64,000 nucleotides of DNA from NCBI GenBank assembly GCA_002499195.1, contig DAKS01000039.1:11720-75719 (forward strand), read 5' to 3'. Origin of the DNA: Euryarchaeota archaeon UBA443. Its GTDB lineage: Archaea > Thermoplasmatota > Poseidoniia > Poseidoniales > Poseidoniaceae. The position numbers and the translations under genes were made by a program. The notes under the pieces were generated by a model, which was not told where the DNA came from, did not search any database, and saw only the letters and a list, made by a program, of their open reading frames with translations. How positions within the stretch are numbered: the first letter of the stretch is position 1; each line of letters begins with the position of its first letter. This document shows, piece by piece, positions 1 to 9,817 of the stretch.

Positions 1-1
1 T

Positions 2-349
2 GCAGCGACCAACAGGCCGGATATTCTTGATAATGCTCTTTTACGGCCTGGTCGTTTTGATCGAATCATTGAAATTCCAATCCCTGAAGAAGAATCTCGC
101 CGAGCAATACTCAAACTTCACTTGTCTGAAATGAATACAAAAGGTGTTCGCCTTAAGGCCATTTCACAGGCTACTGATGGTTTCAGTGGGGCTGAGTTGA
201 GAGCAACATGTATTGAGGCGGGTATGATTGCAATTCGTTCTGACCGGGATACAGTCGTACATGCTGATGTTGTAAAAGCAATTGAGCGATTGAATAAGAA
301 GAAATCTCAATCAGGTGGGACATCATCTCCAGATGGTTTGTATGGATGA
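2..349 (+). CDS. pan: Proteasome-activating nucleotidase (AAA+ ATPase), 5'-truncated by window edge
   Basis: Frame 2 reads AATNRPDILDNALLRPGRFDR (SRH/arginine finger), then GFSGAELRA..EAGM; ends LYG, an HbYX proteasome-docking motif. Confidence 0.88.
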   Translation, partial: AATNRPDILDNALLRPGRFDRIIEIPIPEEESRRAILKLHLSEMNTKGVRLKAISQATDGFSGAELRATCIEAGMIAIRSDRDTVVHADVVKAIERLNKKKSQSGGTSSPDGLYG

Positions 350-359
350 TAGGTGAATG

Positions 360-366
360 TTCAAAG
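360..366 (+). promoter_or_regulatory. TATA-position element TTCAAAG, 29 nt before ATG 389
   Basis: Same motif at the same offset in 9 genes of the window. Confidence 0.6.
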
Positions 367-388
367 TCCGACCTGTTAACCACCAATC

Positions 389-1429
389 ATGTCAAGCAAC
401 ATCGTTGAATGTGTTCCAAATATCTCCGAGGGGCGAGATCAAGACAAAATCAACAGAATTGTCGATGCTGCCCGCATAGATGGTGTCAAAATACTTGGTG
501 TTGAGCCAGATCCAGATTACAATAGAACAGTCATCACGTTCGCAGGTGCGAGTGATGCAGTCGAAAAAGCAGCGATCAAACTTATCGAGAAAGCAATAGA
601 AGAAATCGACATGAGAACACATTCAGGAGAACATCCTAGAATGGGATGTGTTGATGTTTGCCCTTTCATTCCCATTCGAAATGTTTCAATGGATGACTGT
701 GCTGCAATAGCTCATCGTGTAGCCAACGTGATTGCAGAACTGAACGTACCTGTTTTCCTCTATGGTTTTGCATCTACTTCTGACAAAAGGCGCTTACTTT
801 CCTCTCTAAGGAAAGGTGAATATGAGGGCTTAGAGGATCGATTCAATGATACTTCGTCGATTCATACAGATGATACAAGGCTCCCCGATTTAGGATTGAA
901 TAAGTGGACGGAATCCTCACAAAAAAGTGGTGGTATCACAATCGGTGCCCGTGATATTCTATTGGCATACAACGTCAATATCGATGATGCTAATCCCTAC
1001 GTGGCACAACAAATCGGTTCAATCGTTCGAAGTTCTGGACGCTTGATTAAATCCGCTGATGGTGAACGTAAATTCAGGACTAAGGGATTGCTATTACATG
1101 TACAGGGAATGGGCGTTCCACTTGAATCTCATAACATAAGTCAAGTATCGATGAACTTACAAAATTACCGAATAACAAATCTTCATCATGCCTTCGATAC
1201 GATCGAAAGTCTCTGCAAAAACATGAACAGTTCAACAAAGGGAAGTGAACTGGTGGGATTGGTACCACTCGATGCTATGCTTGATGCTGGTAAATGGTAT
1301 GGCGGAGATGGGTTATCAGAAATGGAATACATCGATATTGCAATTGAACGACTCGGATTGGATGCAATTGCTCCGTTTGATCCAAAAGAAAGAATCATTG
1401 AATGGGCGATAGAGGAGGGGCAAGTATGA
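389..1429 (+). CDS. ftcD: Glutamate formiminotransferase
   Basis: IVECVPNISEGR, DPDYNRTVIT, HSGEHPRMGCVDVCPF, RKGEYEGL, QVSMNL, GSELVGLVP motifs. Confidence 0.92.
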   Translation: MSSNIVECVPNISEGRDQDKINRIVDAARIDGVKILGVEPDPDYNRTVITFAGASDAVEKAAIKLIEKAIEEIDMRTHSGEHPRMGCVDVCPFIPIRNVSMDDCAAIAHRVANVIAELNVPVFLYGFASTSDKRRLLSSLRKGEYEGLEDRFNDTSSIHTDDTRLPDLGLNKWTESSQKSGGITIGARDILLAYNVNIDDANPYVAQQIGSIVRSSGRLIKSADGERKFRTKGLLLHVQGMGVPLESHNISQVSMNLQNYRITNLHHAFDTIESLCKNMNSSTKGSELVGLVPLDAMLDAGKWYGGDGLSEMEYIDIAIERLGLDAIAPFDPKERIIEWAIEEGQV

Positions 1430-2055
1430 CTTGGGCTGGCAAAACATTACAGGAATTTCAAGCTGCACTTGCAAGTGACGATCCTACACCAGGCGGAGGT
1501 TCAGCAGCAGGGGTAGCACTCGGACAGGCTGCTGCCTTGGCTGTGATGGTTAGTGATTTAACACTCTCAAAAGAATCCCTCAAGGAAGGTTGGTCAATAT
1601 CAGAACGCGTTAAAGAAGTAGCATTGCCCTTGCTCGATTTAGGTCTTGAATTGGCAACACAGGACAGTCAATCCTTTGATGCGGTCGTCGAATCGTTTCG
1701 ATTACCAAAAGAAACCGATGAAGAAAAATCTCAACGAAGGGTTGCCATAAGATCTGCAACATTGGGTGCTGCAGAAGTTCCGTATCGTACTGCAGTAGCA
1801 GCGTTAAATTTGCTCAAACTTCTACCTGAGTTAGCGGAAAAGGGTAACGGAAATGCAGCATCGGATGTTGGTGTGGCAGGATTGTTAGCATCAGCCGCTC
1901 TGAAGGGTGCAATTTTCAATGTTGAAATCAATCTACAATCCCTACCCGATGATTATGGAGTGGATATGAGGAAGGAATTGCCTTCTTTAATCGAGGATGG
2001 TCGAGTTTATTCTAGGAAATGCATGGATGCGGTAAGGATTCGATTATCGAACTAG
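1426..2055 (+). CDS. Formiminotetrahydrofolate cyclodeaminase (stand-alone)
   Basis: PTPGGGSAA, GNGNAASDVGVA, FNVEINL; ATG 1426 overlaps ftcD stop (ATGA) after SD GGAGG. Confidence 0.88.
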   Translation: MTWAGKTLQEFQAALASDDPTPGGGSAAGVALGQAAALAVMVSDLTLSKESLKEGWSISERVKEVALPLLDLGLELATQDSQSFDAVVESFRLPKETDEEKSQRRVAIRSATLGAAEVPYRTAVAALNLLKLLPELAEKGNGNAASDVGVAGLLASAALKGAIFNVEINLQSLPDDYGVDMRKELPSLIEDGRVYSRKCMDAVRIRLSN

Positions 2056-4287
2056 TGATCCTGTGGCTATATCTCCATCTAAAGTGACCAATCGAACGGT
2101 ATCATTTCCATCATCAGCTGCAAGCATCATACCTTGACTGACGACACCTCGAAGAGGACGCGGTTGTAAGTTTGCAACGAAGACGACAGATTTGTTGAGG
2201 AGTTCTTCAGCAGAATAGTATGCTTTAATTCCAGCACAAATGGTACGCCCATCTTCACTTCCATCGTCAAGTTTTACCACGTAAAGTCGGTCTGCGTTAG
2301 GATGGTCTTCGACAGATAATATTCGACCAACCCTTAATTCTACTTTCATGAAAGTATCAAAATCAAGATATTCGATACCTTCGGGTGCTTCATTCTTCAT
2401 GCTTTTCTTCTCCTTTTTTCCACCTTTTACTGCGTGGGTTACAGCGCTTGATTCTTCATTCTCTTCAACAAGGGATTGCTCTTCTTGGACGATCTCATCG
2501 ACATCCAATCGCTTGAACAACGGCTCGTAGGAAGATGATGGATTGTTCAGTTGTGCAGACCAATCGATCGCCTCTTGCCATGTAGCGTCATGCAAATCTT
2601 GCTCAATCCCTAGCATGTCCCATAATTTTTGAGCACTAAACGGCAAGAATGGTTGGGTGACAATGGCGAGATATCGACAAATTCTCCACCCGAATGCAAG
2701 AGAGGAAAGCGATTCAACACGTCCTTCTGAACCAACCTCGGTTTTCAGATGCTTCCATGGCATGGATGATTGTAAAAGTTGGTTCCCATGTTGTGCAGCT
2801 GTCATCGCTGTTCGCAGTGCCTCTTTGTATCGGTGCCTCTCAAGTGAAGTGGTCATATCGGAATGCAATTTCTCGAGCGTTTTGCACAGGTCTTCGTAGA
2901 GTTCTGTGTTATCAAATGCAGGTAGTGATTCTCCGCCAGGTGTATCGGGTAAGCGTGAGGAAAGCGAAAGAACACGATTTACAAAATTTCCATAGGTTGC
3001 AATAAGTTCGTTATTGATTCGATCGACAAATTCTCCCCACGTGAAATCAGTATCATGTGATTCAGGCATGTTGATGCTCAAATAATATCGCAATGTATCG
3101 GGATCAAAACGCTCAAGGAATGAGGGCACCCATATTGCATGTTTTCTCGATTTAGAAAATTGCCCACCTGCAAGCATCAAATATTCCATTGCTGGGACAT
3201 TATCTTCCAATCGAAGACTCCCCTCCGATGGTAACTCAACTGGTTCATCAGCCGTTTTACCACTCCTAGCATGGTTTAGACCGATTAGAATAGCAGGCCA
3301 AATCACGGTGTGGAACGGAACATTGTCCTTGCCAAGGAAGTAATAATGACGTTGAATTGTATCATTGTTTTCAATCCACCATTGTTCCCAATTGTTACCA
3401 TCGCCAAAGGATTCTGACCATATTTGAGAGCACGTAAGATATCCTTGAACCGCTTCAAACCATACATAGATGCATTTACTATTCCAATCTTCACCATCAA
3501 GAGGTACATCGATTCCCCATTCCAAATCACGAGTGACTGCACGGGGGCGGAGACCCATATCCAACCATTGCTTAGTCATGGCGCGAACGTTTGGCTTCCA
3601 AACCGCATGGTTATTTTCAGCATGCTGCTCTAGTGCATTTTGGAATAAGTCTAGCCGATAAAAAAGGTGTTCAGTATCTCGAATTTCAACAGTAAGTTCA
3701 GGATTCATTTTCGACACAGGATTCTTCAATTCATACGACTCATATGTGGCGCCACAAGCATCACACTGGTCTCCTCTAGCGCCATCCTCTCCGCAAGAGG
3801 GGCATGTTCCCTCAATATATCGATCCGGTAAGAATCGCCCTCCACCACTAGGGTGGACTTCGAAATATTGTTGCATCGTTCTTTTCTCGAAAAAACCAGC
3901 ATTGTACAAGAGCATGAAATTTTCTTGAACTTTTTCTTTGTGTCTTGTATCACTTGTTCGATTGAACAGTGAACCACCATATCCAATCCCACGTCGATCG
4001 ATATTTGGTATCCATGTGCATCCTAAATCGAGAAGTGCCTGAGTATTTATTCTATGATATTCATCGACGATATCCTGTGGAGAAACACCTTCTTGTTCAG
4101 CAGTTACAGTAATTGGTGTACCGTGTTCATCTGAACCTGATACCATCAATACGCGATTTCCGCGTGCACGCTCAAATCGAGCGTATATGTCGGGCGGAAG
4201 GTAACAACCTGCCACGTGTCCAAGGTGAAGTGGCCCGTTTGCATAGGGCCAAGCGACACACACGAGAACGTGGTCACCATCCGACAT
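2044..4287 (-). CDS. metG: Methionine--tRNA ligase with C-terminal tRNA-binding OB domain
   Basis: AWPYANGPLHLGH, GSDEHG, CPSC..CDAC knuckle, GKDNVPFH, QFSKSR; C-terminal ELRVGRI..HPNADRL..SQGMMLAA. Confidence 0.97.
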   Translation of the reverse strand: MSDGDHVLVCVAWPYANGPLHLGHVAGCYLPPDIYARFERARGNRVLMVSGSDEHGTPITVTAEQEGVSPQDIVDEYHRINTQALLDLGCTWIPNIDRRGIGYGGSLFNRTSDTRHKEKVQENFMLLYNAGFFEKRTMQQYFEVHPSGGGRFLPDRYIEGTCPSCGEDGARGDQCDACGATYESYELKNPVSKMNPELTVEIRDTEHLFYRLDLFQNALEQHAENNHAVWKPNVRAMTKQWLDMGLRPRAVTRDLEWGIDVPLDGEDWNSKCIYVWFEAVQGYLTCSQIWSESFGDGNNWEQWWIENNDTIQRHYYFLGKDNVPFHTVIWPAILIGLNHARSGKTADEPVELPSEGSLRLEDNVPAMEYLMLAGGQFSKSRKHAIWVPSFLERFDPDTLRYYLSINMPESHDTDFTWGEFVDRINNELIATYGNFVNRVLSLSSRLPDTPGGESLPAFDNTELYEDLCKTLEKLHSDMTTSLERHRYKEALRTAMTAAQHGNQLLQSSMPWKHLKTEVGSEGRVESLSSLAFGWRICRYLAIVTQPFLPFSAQKLWDMLGIEQDLHDATWQEAIDWSAQLNNPSSSYEPLFKRLDVDEIVQEEQSLVEENEESSAVTHAVKGGKKEKKSMKNEAPEGIEYLDFDTFMKVELRVGRILSVEDHPNADRLYVVKLDDGSEDGRTICAGIKAYYSAEELLNKSVVFVANLQPRPLRGVVSQGMMLAADDGNDTVRLVTLDGDIATGSLVR

Positions 4288-4405
4288 ATTGAGCGCTAAC
4301 AGGCATTGATTTTCAAATCAACCCTTTCATTCAATCAAAAACAACATTTTCAAGAAGCAGAACGTACTGGCCGAACTATCCAAAGGACAGGAGTTCCCGT
4401 TCAAT

Positions 4406-5440
4406 ATGAACCTAACTTTACTCATTTTTTATACAGCACTTGCTCTTGGCGTTTCGTTTATTTGTTCTATTTTGGAAGCGGTTGTCTTATCCATTCCGAA
4501 CACCCAAGTAGCTGTATGGCAAAAAGATAAGAACAAGCGTGGAGATCTTTGGGCCAAACTCAAAGCAGATGATTCTGTAAAACCACTTACTGCAATTTTG
4601 ACATTAAACACAATTGCACATACAATGGGGGCTGCAGGAGTAGGTTCTGAAGTTCAGGACAAATTTGGAAATGAATATCTAACCATTGCATCGGTTATTC
4701 TTACACTCGCGGTTCTTTTCTTATCTGAGATAATACCCAAGACTCTAGGTACAGCATATTGGCGACAACTTTCACTCATCTCTGGTCGAGTTCTCAATTC
4801 CATTACAATTGCATTGGTCTTTATCATCGCACCAATACAGTGGATGAAGAAGATTCTACCGAAAACAGACGGACAACTCGTTACGAGGGATGATCTAGCC
4901 GCTCTTGCAGATTTAGGAGAAGAAGAAGGAGCTTTGATGGAGGATGAAGAGACTGTCATCCATAACTTACTGAGACTTCGAGAAATACCGATTACGGATG
5001 TAATGACGCCACGGGTTGTTGTAACTGCATTGCAGCAAGACATGACGGTACGAGAAGTTCTTGATGAATATCCAGTGCTTAGATTCTCACGCATGCCTGT
5101 TTACTCAGAATCCGTAGATGAAATTCAAGGAGTGGTGATTAGGTCTGAATTACTCGTGGCAGCAAGCCGTGACGAATGGGGACGCGTAGTTAGTGAGTTC
5201 ATGAAGCCAGTACATTCTCTTACGACTAAACAAAGTGTTGATGCTGCCCTAGATATGTTACTAGAACGTCGACAGCAATTTGCTGTCGTACAGGATGAAT
5301 TCGGAGGTACGTCAGGAATCATCACCATGGAAGATGTATTGGAAACACTTCTTGGTGAGGAAATTGTCGATGAACTTGACGAGGTTGATGACATGCGTGA
5401 ATTGGCACGAGGACAAACAGTTTCAGACGAAGAAGAGTGA
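4406..5440 (+). CDS. CNNM/DUF21 + CBS-pair membrane protein (hemolysin/CorB-like)
   Basis: SFICSILEA, ILTLNTIAHTMGAAGVG, SEIIPKTLG, DVMTPR, FSRMPVY, DEFGGTSGIITMEDVLE. Confidence 0.9.
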   Translation: MNLTLLIFYTALALGVSFICSILEAVVLSIPNTQVAVWQKDKNKRGDLWAKLKADDSVKPLTAILTLNTIAHTMGAAGVGSEVQDKFGNEYLTIASVILTLAVLFLSEIIPKTLGTAYWRQLSLISGRVLNSITIALVFIIAPIQWMKKILPKTDGQLVTRDDLAALADLGEEEGALMEDEETVIHNLLRLREIPITDVMTPRVVVTALQQDMTVREVLDEYPVLRFSRMPVYSESVDEIQGVVIRSELLVAASRDEWGRVVSEFMKPVHSLTTKQSVDAALDMLLERRQQFAVVQDEFGGTSGIITMEDVLETLLGEEIVDELDEVDDMRELARGQTVSDEEE

Positions 5441-6397
5441 TTTTTCCTCCATCCATTCCTCAATTAATCGATCACGTGAAGAATTGTTCTTTTCATGTGA
5501 ATGTTTCAATTCTTCAACGATATGATATGTGAAATCTGATTCATTTTTAGAATGGACATCGATCAATAAATCAGCGTGTATTGTACCCAGTGTCGCATCA
5601 TTTTTGGCTTGAACAAGCAAGGTTGGACACGAAGGAAATCCCCAATGAGGAGTGATGAGTTCTTCTACTGATTCAACAGTAAATATTGGCAGATTGAGTC
5701 GATTGTAATAATTCAGTAATCTATGCATCATGGCCTTGTGAAGGAAAGCAGGGATTTTCAAAAATTCACATGTCTGATTATTGATGTATTCATACGAAGT
5801 TACAGGAGATTCCAATACCATACCCAGGGCCTTGTCCGATGTTTGGAGTTCATTACGCATGACTCGTTGAGCTACAAATCCCCCTAAACTGTGGCCGTGA
5901 ATGATAAATCCATTCTTTAACCATCCTCGCTCTTCAAACACATTTAGGACGGATTCAAGATCATGACACACATGAAGAGCAGCCCAATTGGGAACTCGCT
6001 TATTTCCACCATGAGCACGCATCTCAAACAAGATACAATTGTATCCTAACTTCTCATACAAATCACTACGTCCAGTCATGTTAAGGGCCCGAGAATTCCA
6101 TCCATGTATAAGAATTGCAAGTGGCTTATCAATATCGATTGTTTTCGACAACCAACGTACTGGATAACCCAAGACATCGTATTCCTCCCATTCCCATTCT
6201 GATGGTAGAGGCTGATCATTCCGTCTCGCTGGAAGCCTTAGCATGAATCCCAAGCATAAGGCAAACCACAAATCTAGGATTATGAGCGGTGCCAAATAGA
6301 GGATGAAGATTGATTTATCGAAATATACAGCAATAGGGACGAGAAAAACCCATGCGATTGCATGCGTAAAAAATGCCGCGAATCTATGAGACTGCAT
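5423..6397 (-). CDS. Membrane-anchored alpha/beta hydrolase
   Basis: N-terminal hydrophobic helices, IHGW, RAHG, nucleophile elbow GHSLGG. Confidence 0.8.
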   Translation of the reverse strand: MQSHRFAAFFTHAIAWVFLVPIAVYFDKSIFILYLAPLIILDLWFALCLGFMLRLPARRNDQPLPSEWEWEEYDVLGYPVRWLSKTIDIDKPLAILIHGWNSRALNMTGRSDLYEKLGYNCILFEMRAHGGNKRVPNWAALHVCHDLESVLNVFEERGWLKNGFIIHGHSLGGFVAQRVMRNELQTSDKALGMVLESPVTSYEYINNQTCEFLKIPAFLHKAMMHRLLNYYNRLNLPIFTVESVEELITPHWGFPSCPTLLVQAKNDATLGTIHADLLIDVHSKNESDFTYHIVEELKHSHEKNNSSRDRLIEEWMEEKSLFFV

Positions 6398-6411
6398 GAA
6401 GATTGATTCCT

Positions 6412-7260
6412 TCAGTCTTCTTTGTTGTCTTCTGCTTCTTCTTCGCCTTTGTCGTCTTCAGAGTCCTTCTCAGCGACCTTGGCTTCACGAGCCTTCGCTT
6501 TTTCTTCTACACGCTTAGCATACTTTTCACCAAACTGACTCATGCTTTCCAGACGTGCACGGAAACCGGATGTTGCTTTCTCTTCAGGTATATAGCGAAC
6601 GAGATAGGTTCCGAACATCAAATCAAACAGTCCTTGGTTTAGATCACTGTTACGGGAGAACTGCCAATTTACAATCCATAGAATCATGAAAATTGCTCCT
6701 AGAGAAGTCGCGACAATTGGCCCTGTTCCACCATCGGATATCTTTCCAACTTGGGTGAAAATCAAAAGGAATCCAATCAGTGATAGGAGACCGATATTGT
6801 TTGCAAGCAGTGGATGGAGGAACATGGGCTTCGAACCATCTCCGCGGATGTTTCGAGTTGAAGAAGTAAATTGACCAAGATTTCGTCCTGTGTTAAATGG
6901 TAGGAATATCGAATTGAACGCCCAAACAGCAAAAGCAGCAATTAAAACAATCGTCCCGGCAACTCCTCCATTTCCTGCACCGCCACCATATGCGTTTAGG
7001 AATACAGCAGTAATGATCAACGAGAAATTAACAGTGAAATTGACCCACCAAGAAATGATACGACTCAACTTTGGAGCGATTTCGAATTCATCTGAAAGGC
7101 TAGCAGGACGAGGTTTCTTTTCCTTCTTTTTCTTTTCTTTTTTGGCCTTTACCGGCGCTGCCTTAGCCACCTTAGCGGCCTTAGCTGCCTTAGCTGCCTT
7201 TACAGGTTCTTTCTTAACGACCTCTTTTTCACTTGATTCAACTTTGTCGAGTAGTCCCAT
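6412..7260 (-). CDS. Membrane protein, RDD-like, with Lys/Ala-rich N-terminus
   Basis: About 4 TM segments; GRNLGQ..R.IRGDG and QGLFDLMFGTYLV resemble RDD family motifs. Confidence 0.5.
   Translation of the reverse strand: MGLLDKVESSEKEVVKKEPVKAAKAAKAAKVAKAAPVKAKKEKKKKEKKPRPASLSDEFEIAPKLSRIISWWVNFTVNFSLIITAVFLNAYGGGAGNGGVAGTIVLIAAFAVWAFNSIFLPFNTGRNLGQFTSSTRNIRGDGSKPMFLHPLLANNIGLLSLIGFLLIFTQVGKISDGGTGPIVATSLGAIFMILWIVNWQFSRNSDLNQGLFDLMFGTYLVRYIPEEKATSGFRARLESMSQFGEKYAKRVEEKAKAREAKVAEKDSEDDKGEEEAEDNKED
7160..7200. repeat. Imperfect 9-bp tandem repeat encoding (AAK)n on the minus strand
   Basis: gccttagccaccttagcggccttagctgccttagctgcctt. Confidence 0.7.
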
Positions 7261-7273
7261 TTTCTCGCCTCAT

Positions 7274-8224
7274 TCATGTGTACATTTCTGAAATTTGTTT
7301 GTATATTGCAAAGTCGCCTGACTCAACAAAAGCATTGATCGATGCATCTGGCATGTTGGCTAGTTGCTCATCTATGATAGTGAAAAATTGTCCCCGGCGT
7401 TCATCATCGATTGCTGATGGATCTACTCCAACCTCTTTGAAGAGTTCAAAATCATCCGAAGCAAGGAAAGACTGAATTGCATCTTCGGGCAGTTCATCAC
7501 CGAGTAAATCATTGACTATGGTGAAGAATTGTGAGAACAGAGTATCAGCCTCATCGAGGCTTGTTTCTTCAAGTTCTTCAGTAGATTCTTCCTCTTCTTC
7601 ATCATTTGAAGGGGCTTCTTGAGTGGGTTCAGGTTGAATCATCAGAGAGCGGCGCTCAGCCATAAGTTCCTCAAGCTGAGGGACGAGAACTCGAAGAGTG
7701 TCTTTGTCACCTGCTGCTTTTGCCGCTTTGTATTGCGGTTTTAGTTCACGAAGCATATTTTCAACCTCCGTTAGTCGGTCAGGTTCTTCTTCATCAAGTA
7801 ATTCTACAACAGGAGCGCCGCGAGCCTCATTCAGTGCCTCTTCACGTTCCTTTTTTCTCAGCACAATAATATCACGGTCTAGTTCGTGGCCAAAGCGATC
7901 TGAATATCGATCGAGAAGCGAACCGGATTCACCAGTTCCTAAGCGATCGATTGCGCCGTAAATTTGTGGCAGTGGTTTTGCTGAACGTTTAGCCCAAAGA
8001 TCTCCGTATTCATTGGATGGCTCCTCTGCTTCCGAAGGCGCAGGAGGTTGTTCAAGTGGTATTGGGGTAGGCGCTGGTGGCAATTCTGGTTGAGGCAATG
8101 GCGCGGGAACTGGAGCATCTGGCAATGGAGGTAAAGGCGCTCCAGGTAGGGGCGGCATACCGGGTAATGGAGGCAATGGTGAAGGCGGAGTTTGTGGCGA
8201 TTTGTTCTTTTTCCGACGTCGCAT
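7274..8224 (-). CDS. Hypothetical protein with polyproline N-terminus and acidic helical C-terminus
   Basis: 316-aa ORF, SD GAGGTG before ATG, collinear with neighbours. Confidence 0.75.
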   Translation of the reverse strand: MRRRKKNKSPQTPPSPLPPLPGMPPLPGAPLPPLPDAPVPAPLPQPELPPAPTPIPLEQPPAPSEAEEPSNEYGDLWAKRSAKPLPQIYGAIDRLGTGESGSLLDRYSDRFGHELDRDIIVLRKKEREEALNEARGAPVVELLDEEEPDRLTEVENMLRELKPQYKAAKAAGDKDTLRVLVPQLEELMAERRSLMIQPEPTQEAPSNDEEEEESTEELEETSLDEADTLFSQFFTIVNDLLGDELPEDAIQSFLASDDFELFKEVGVDPSAIDDERRGQFFTIIDEQLANMPDASINAFVESGDFAIYKQISEMYT

Positions 8225-8308
8225 TTACTCACCTCTATTCTGACTGGATGCCATTCTACCCTTGAACCTTACCACAATTAGAACATGAAAATGTGCATCT
8301 TAGAACAC

Positions 8309-9514
8309 TCATTGCTGGACCATTCTTCCCCATCCCTTTAGGCTAAGGAATGTTGCAGCTGATTCTGAAACATGGAGCCTATCTCCAACAGATACATCAT
8401 GCTGCTCATCACCAAAACGGAGTATTGCATCATCAACCACAATCTCTACATCGATTGATTTTTCCTTACCAAACACAAATGCTTCACTTAAAGCATCAAA
8501 CGGATTAGAACCATCACTGTCCAGCCTCTGGAGAGGGAACTCAGTGACCCGCATACCTGTTTTTCCATGAAGAGAAGTGGGCCAACGTATTTGTCGACGA
8601 ACATCAATGGTGACAACCTCATCGGTTTCACCTGCTGCTCCTAGTACGATTGATGCATCCGACTTAACAAGGTCAAGAAACAATCCTTGATGAGCTCCTA
8701 ATCGCGAAATTTGCCCATTTGTAATAGATTCACGGCGATCCTCATGAAGAAACATATTCGCTAACTTTTGTATGCTCGCAGGGCCCTTGCCGGGCTTTCC
8801 TTCACGCCGAAGGTTTTCCTTCAAACCAAGGTGCAGATCCTTCATAATTTTTGATGATCCATCCTCTTCTTGTGCGATAAGAACAAGTTTGTCGATCAAA
8901 GTAGGAATCTGATTTCGAATCCTCTTTGTCCAGCCATTTGCGCTAGAATCGTTCAACCTCGTTAAACCGCCATGAACATCGACACCTTCGCCACGGATAT
9001 GTGAGACCAATTCACGTCTTGCTTCAGAATCTAAATGGAACAATGATGGGTCGCGGTAATGCAAGTGGAACCCGCGATGACCAGAAAAGGTCACCTGTAA
9101 AAATGAGTCATCGAATCCAAACTCAGGTTCAAGAAAGTCATTCCATAGTGAGTGGGCTTGGTCTCGTATAACATCCAACATTGCAGGGAAATCACGATCT
9201 GTTACGCCGGGAAGGTGATCGCCATCTAGATCGAAAATAAGATCAGCCCCCTGCCACATTTTGTCGTCCATTTTCAATTCATACGGCTTTTGCCAATATG
9301 CTGTAGAATAGAAGCATGAATGCATAGCTCGTTCTGACAAAAACTGTCTCAAGTCCTGCTCATTTCTAAATGACTTATGGCGCAGTGGAGGAGCACCCCC
9401 GAATGGAATGAACATCCATTCACGTTTTGGCATTCTAGGAGGCCGCCAAAATGTGGAATTACGATAATATTGGCCAAACCGATGCGCAAAACGTGCCCAT
9501 CCTGATGAAGCCAT
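8309..9514 (-). CDS. priS: DNA primase small (catalytic) subunit
   Basis: KREW, FYSTAYW, GADLIFDLDGD, FSGHRGFHL, DEVVTIDVRRQIRWPTSLHGKTG. Confidence 0.95.
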   Translation of the reverse strand: MASSGWARFAHRFGQYYRNSTFWRPPRMPKREWMFIPFGGAPPLRHKSFRNEQDLRQFLSERAMHSCFYSTAYWQKPYELKMDDKMWQGADLIFDLDGDHLPGVTDRDFPAMLDVIRDQAHSLWNDFLEPEFGFDDSFLQVTFSGHRGFHLHYRDPSLFHLDSEARRELVSHIRGEGVDVHGGLTRLNDSSANGWTKRIRNQIPTLIDKLVLIAQEEDGSSKIMKDLHLGLKENLRREGKPGKGPASIQKLANMFLHEDRRESITNGQISRLGAHQGLFLDLVKSDASIVLGAAGETDEVVTIDVRRQIRWPTSLHGKTGMRVTEFPLQRLDSDGSNPFDALSEAFVFGKEKSIDVEIVVDDAILRFGDEQHDVSVGDRLHVSESAATFLSLKGWGRMVQQ

Positions 9515-9536
9515 GAGGAAGCCTAGCGTTGACAGT

Positions 9537-9543
9537 TCTTGAA
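9537..9543 (-). promoter_or_regulatory. TATA-position element TTCAAGA, 29 nt before priS ATG
   Basis: Reverse complement of tcttgaa; recurring motif and offset. Confidence 0.6.
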
Positions 9544-9550
9544 CGCAACC

Positions 9551-9760
9551 CTAATCGTTCTTCATGTAGAATTTTTGTTCTGTTTCTCCAACAACAGTAA
9601 CCGTGTCTGCGCCGGTTATTGCAACATAATGATCCCAACAGTAGTAATGCTGGTTATGGACCATAGCAGACCCGAAGGTAAGGCGAATACCGCACTCATG
9701 ACATCTAGGACCAATCTCTCCATTTGGCGCTTGTGCGAGTTGAACATGTTCTTGCGGCAT
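9551..9760 (-). CDS. Small zinc-finger protein (C-x2-C-x17-C-x2-H)
   Basis: CHEC...YYCWDHY; SD AGGTGAG upstream; fills the gap between co-oriented genes. Confidence 0.7.
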   Translation of the reverse strand: MPQEHVQLAQAPNGEIGPRCHECGIRLTFGSAMVHNQHYYCWDHYVAITGADTVTVVGETEQKFYMKND

Positions 9761-9817
9761 CTTCTCACCTGATTGTTGCTAAAGGTCTCGGTTCTAAAAT
9801 GTCGTGATGATTTCTTA

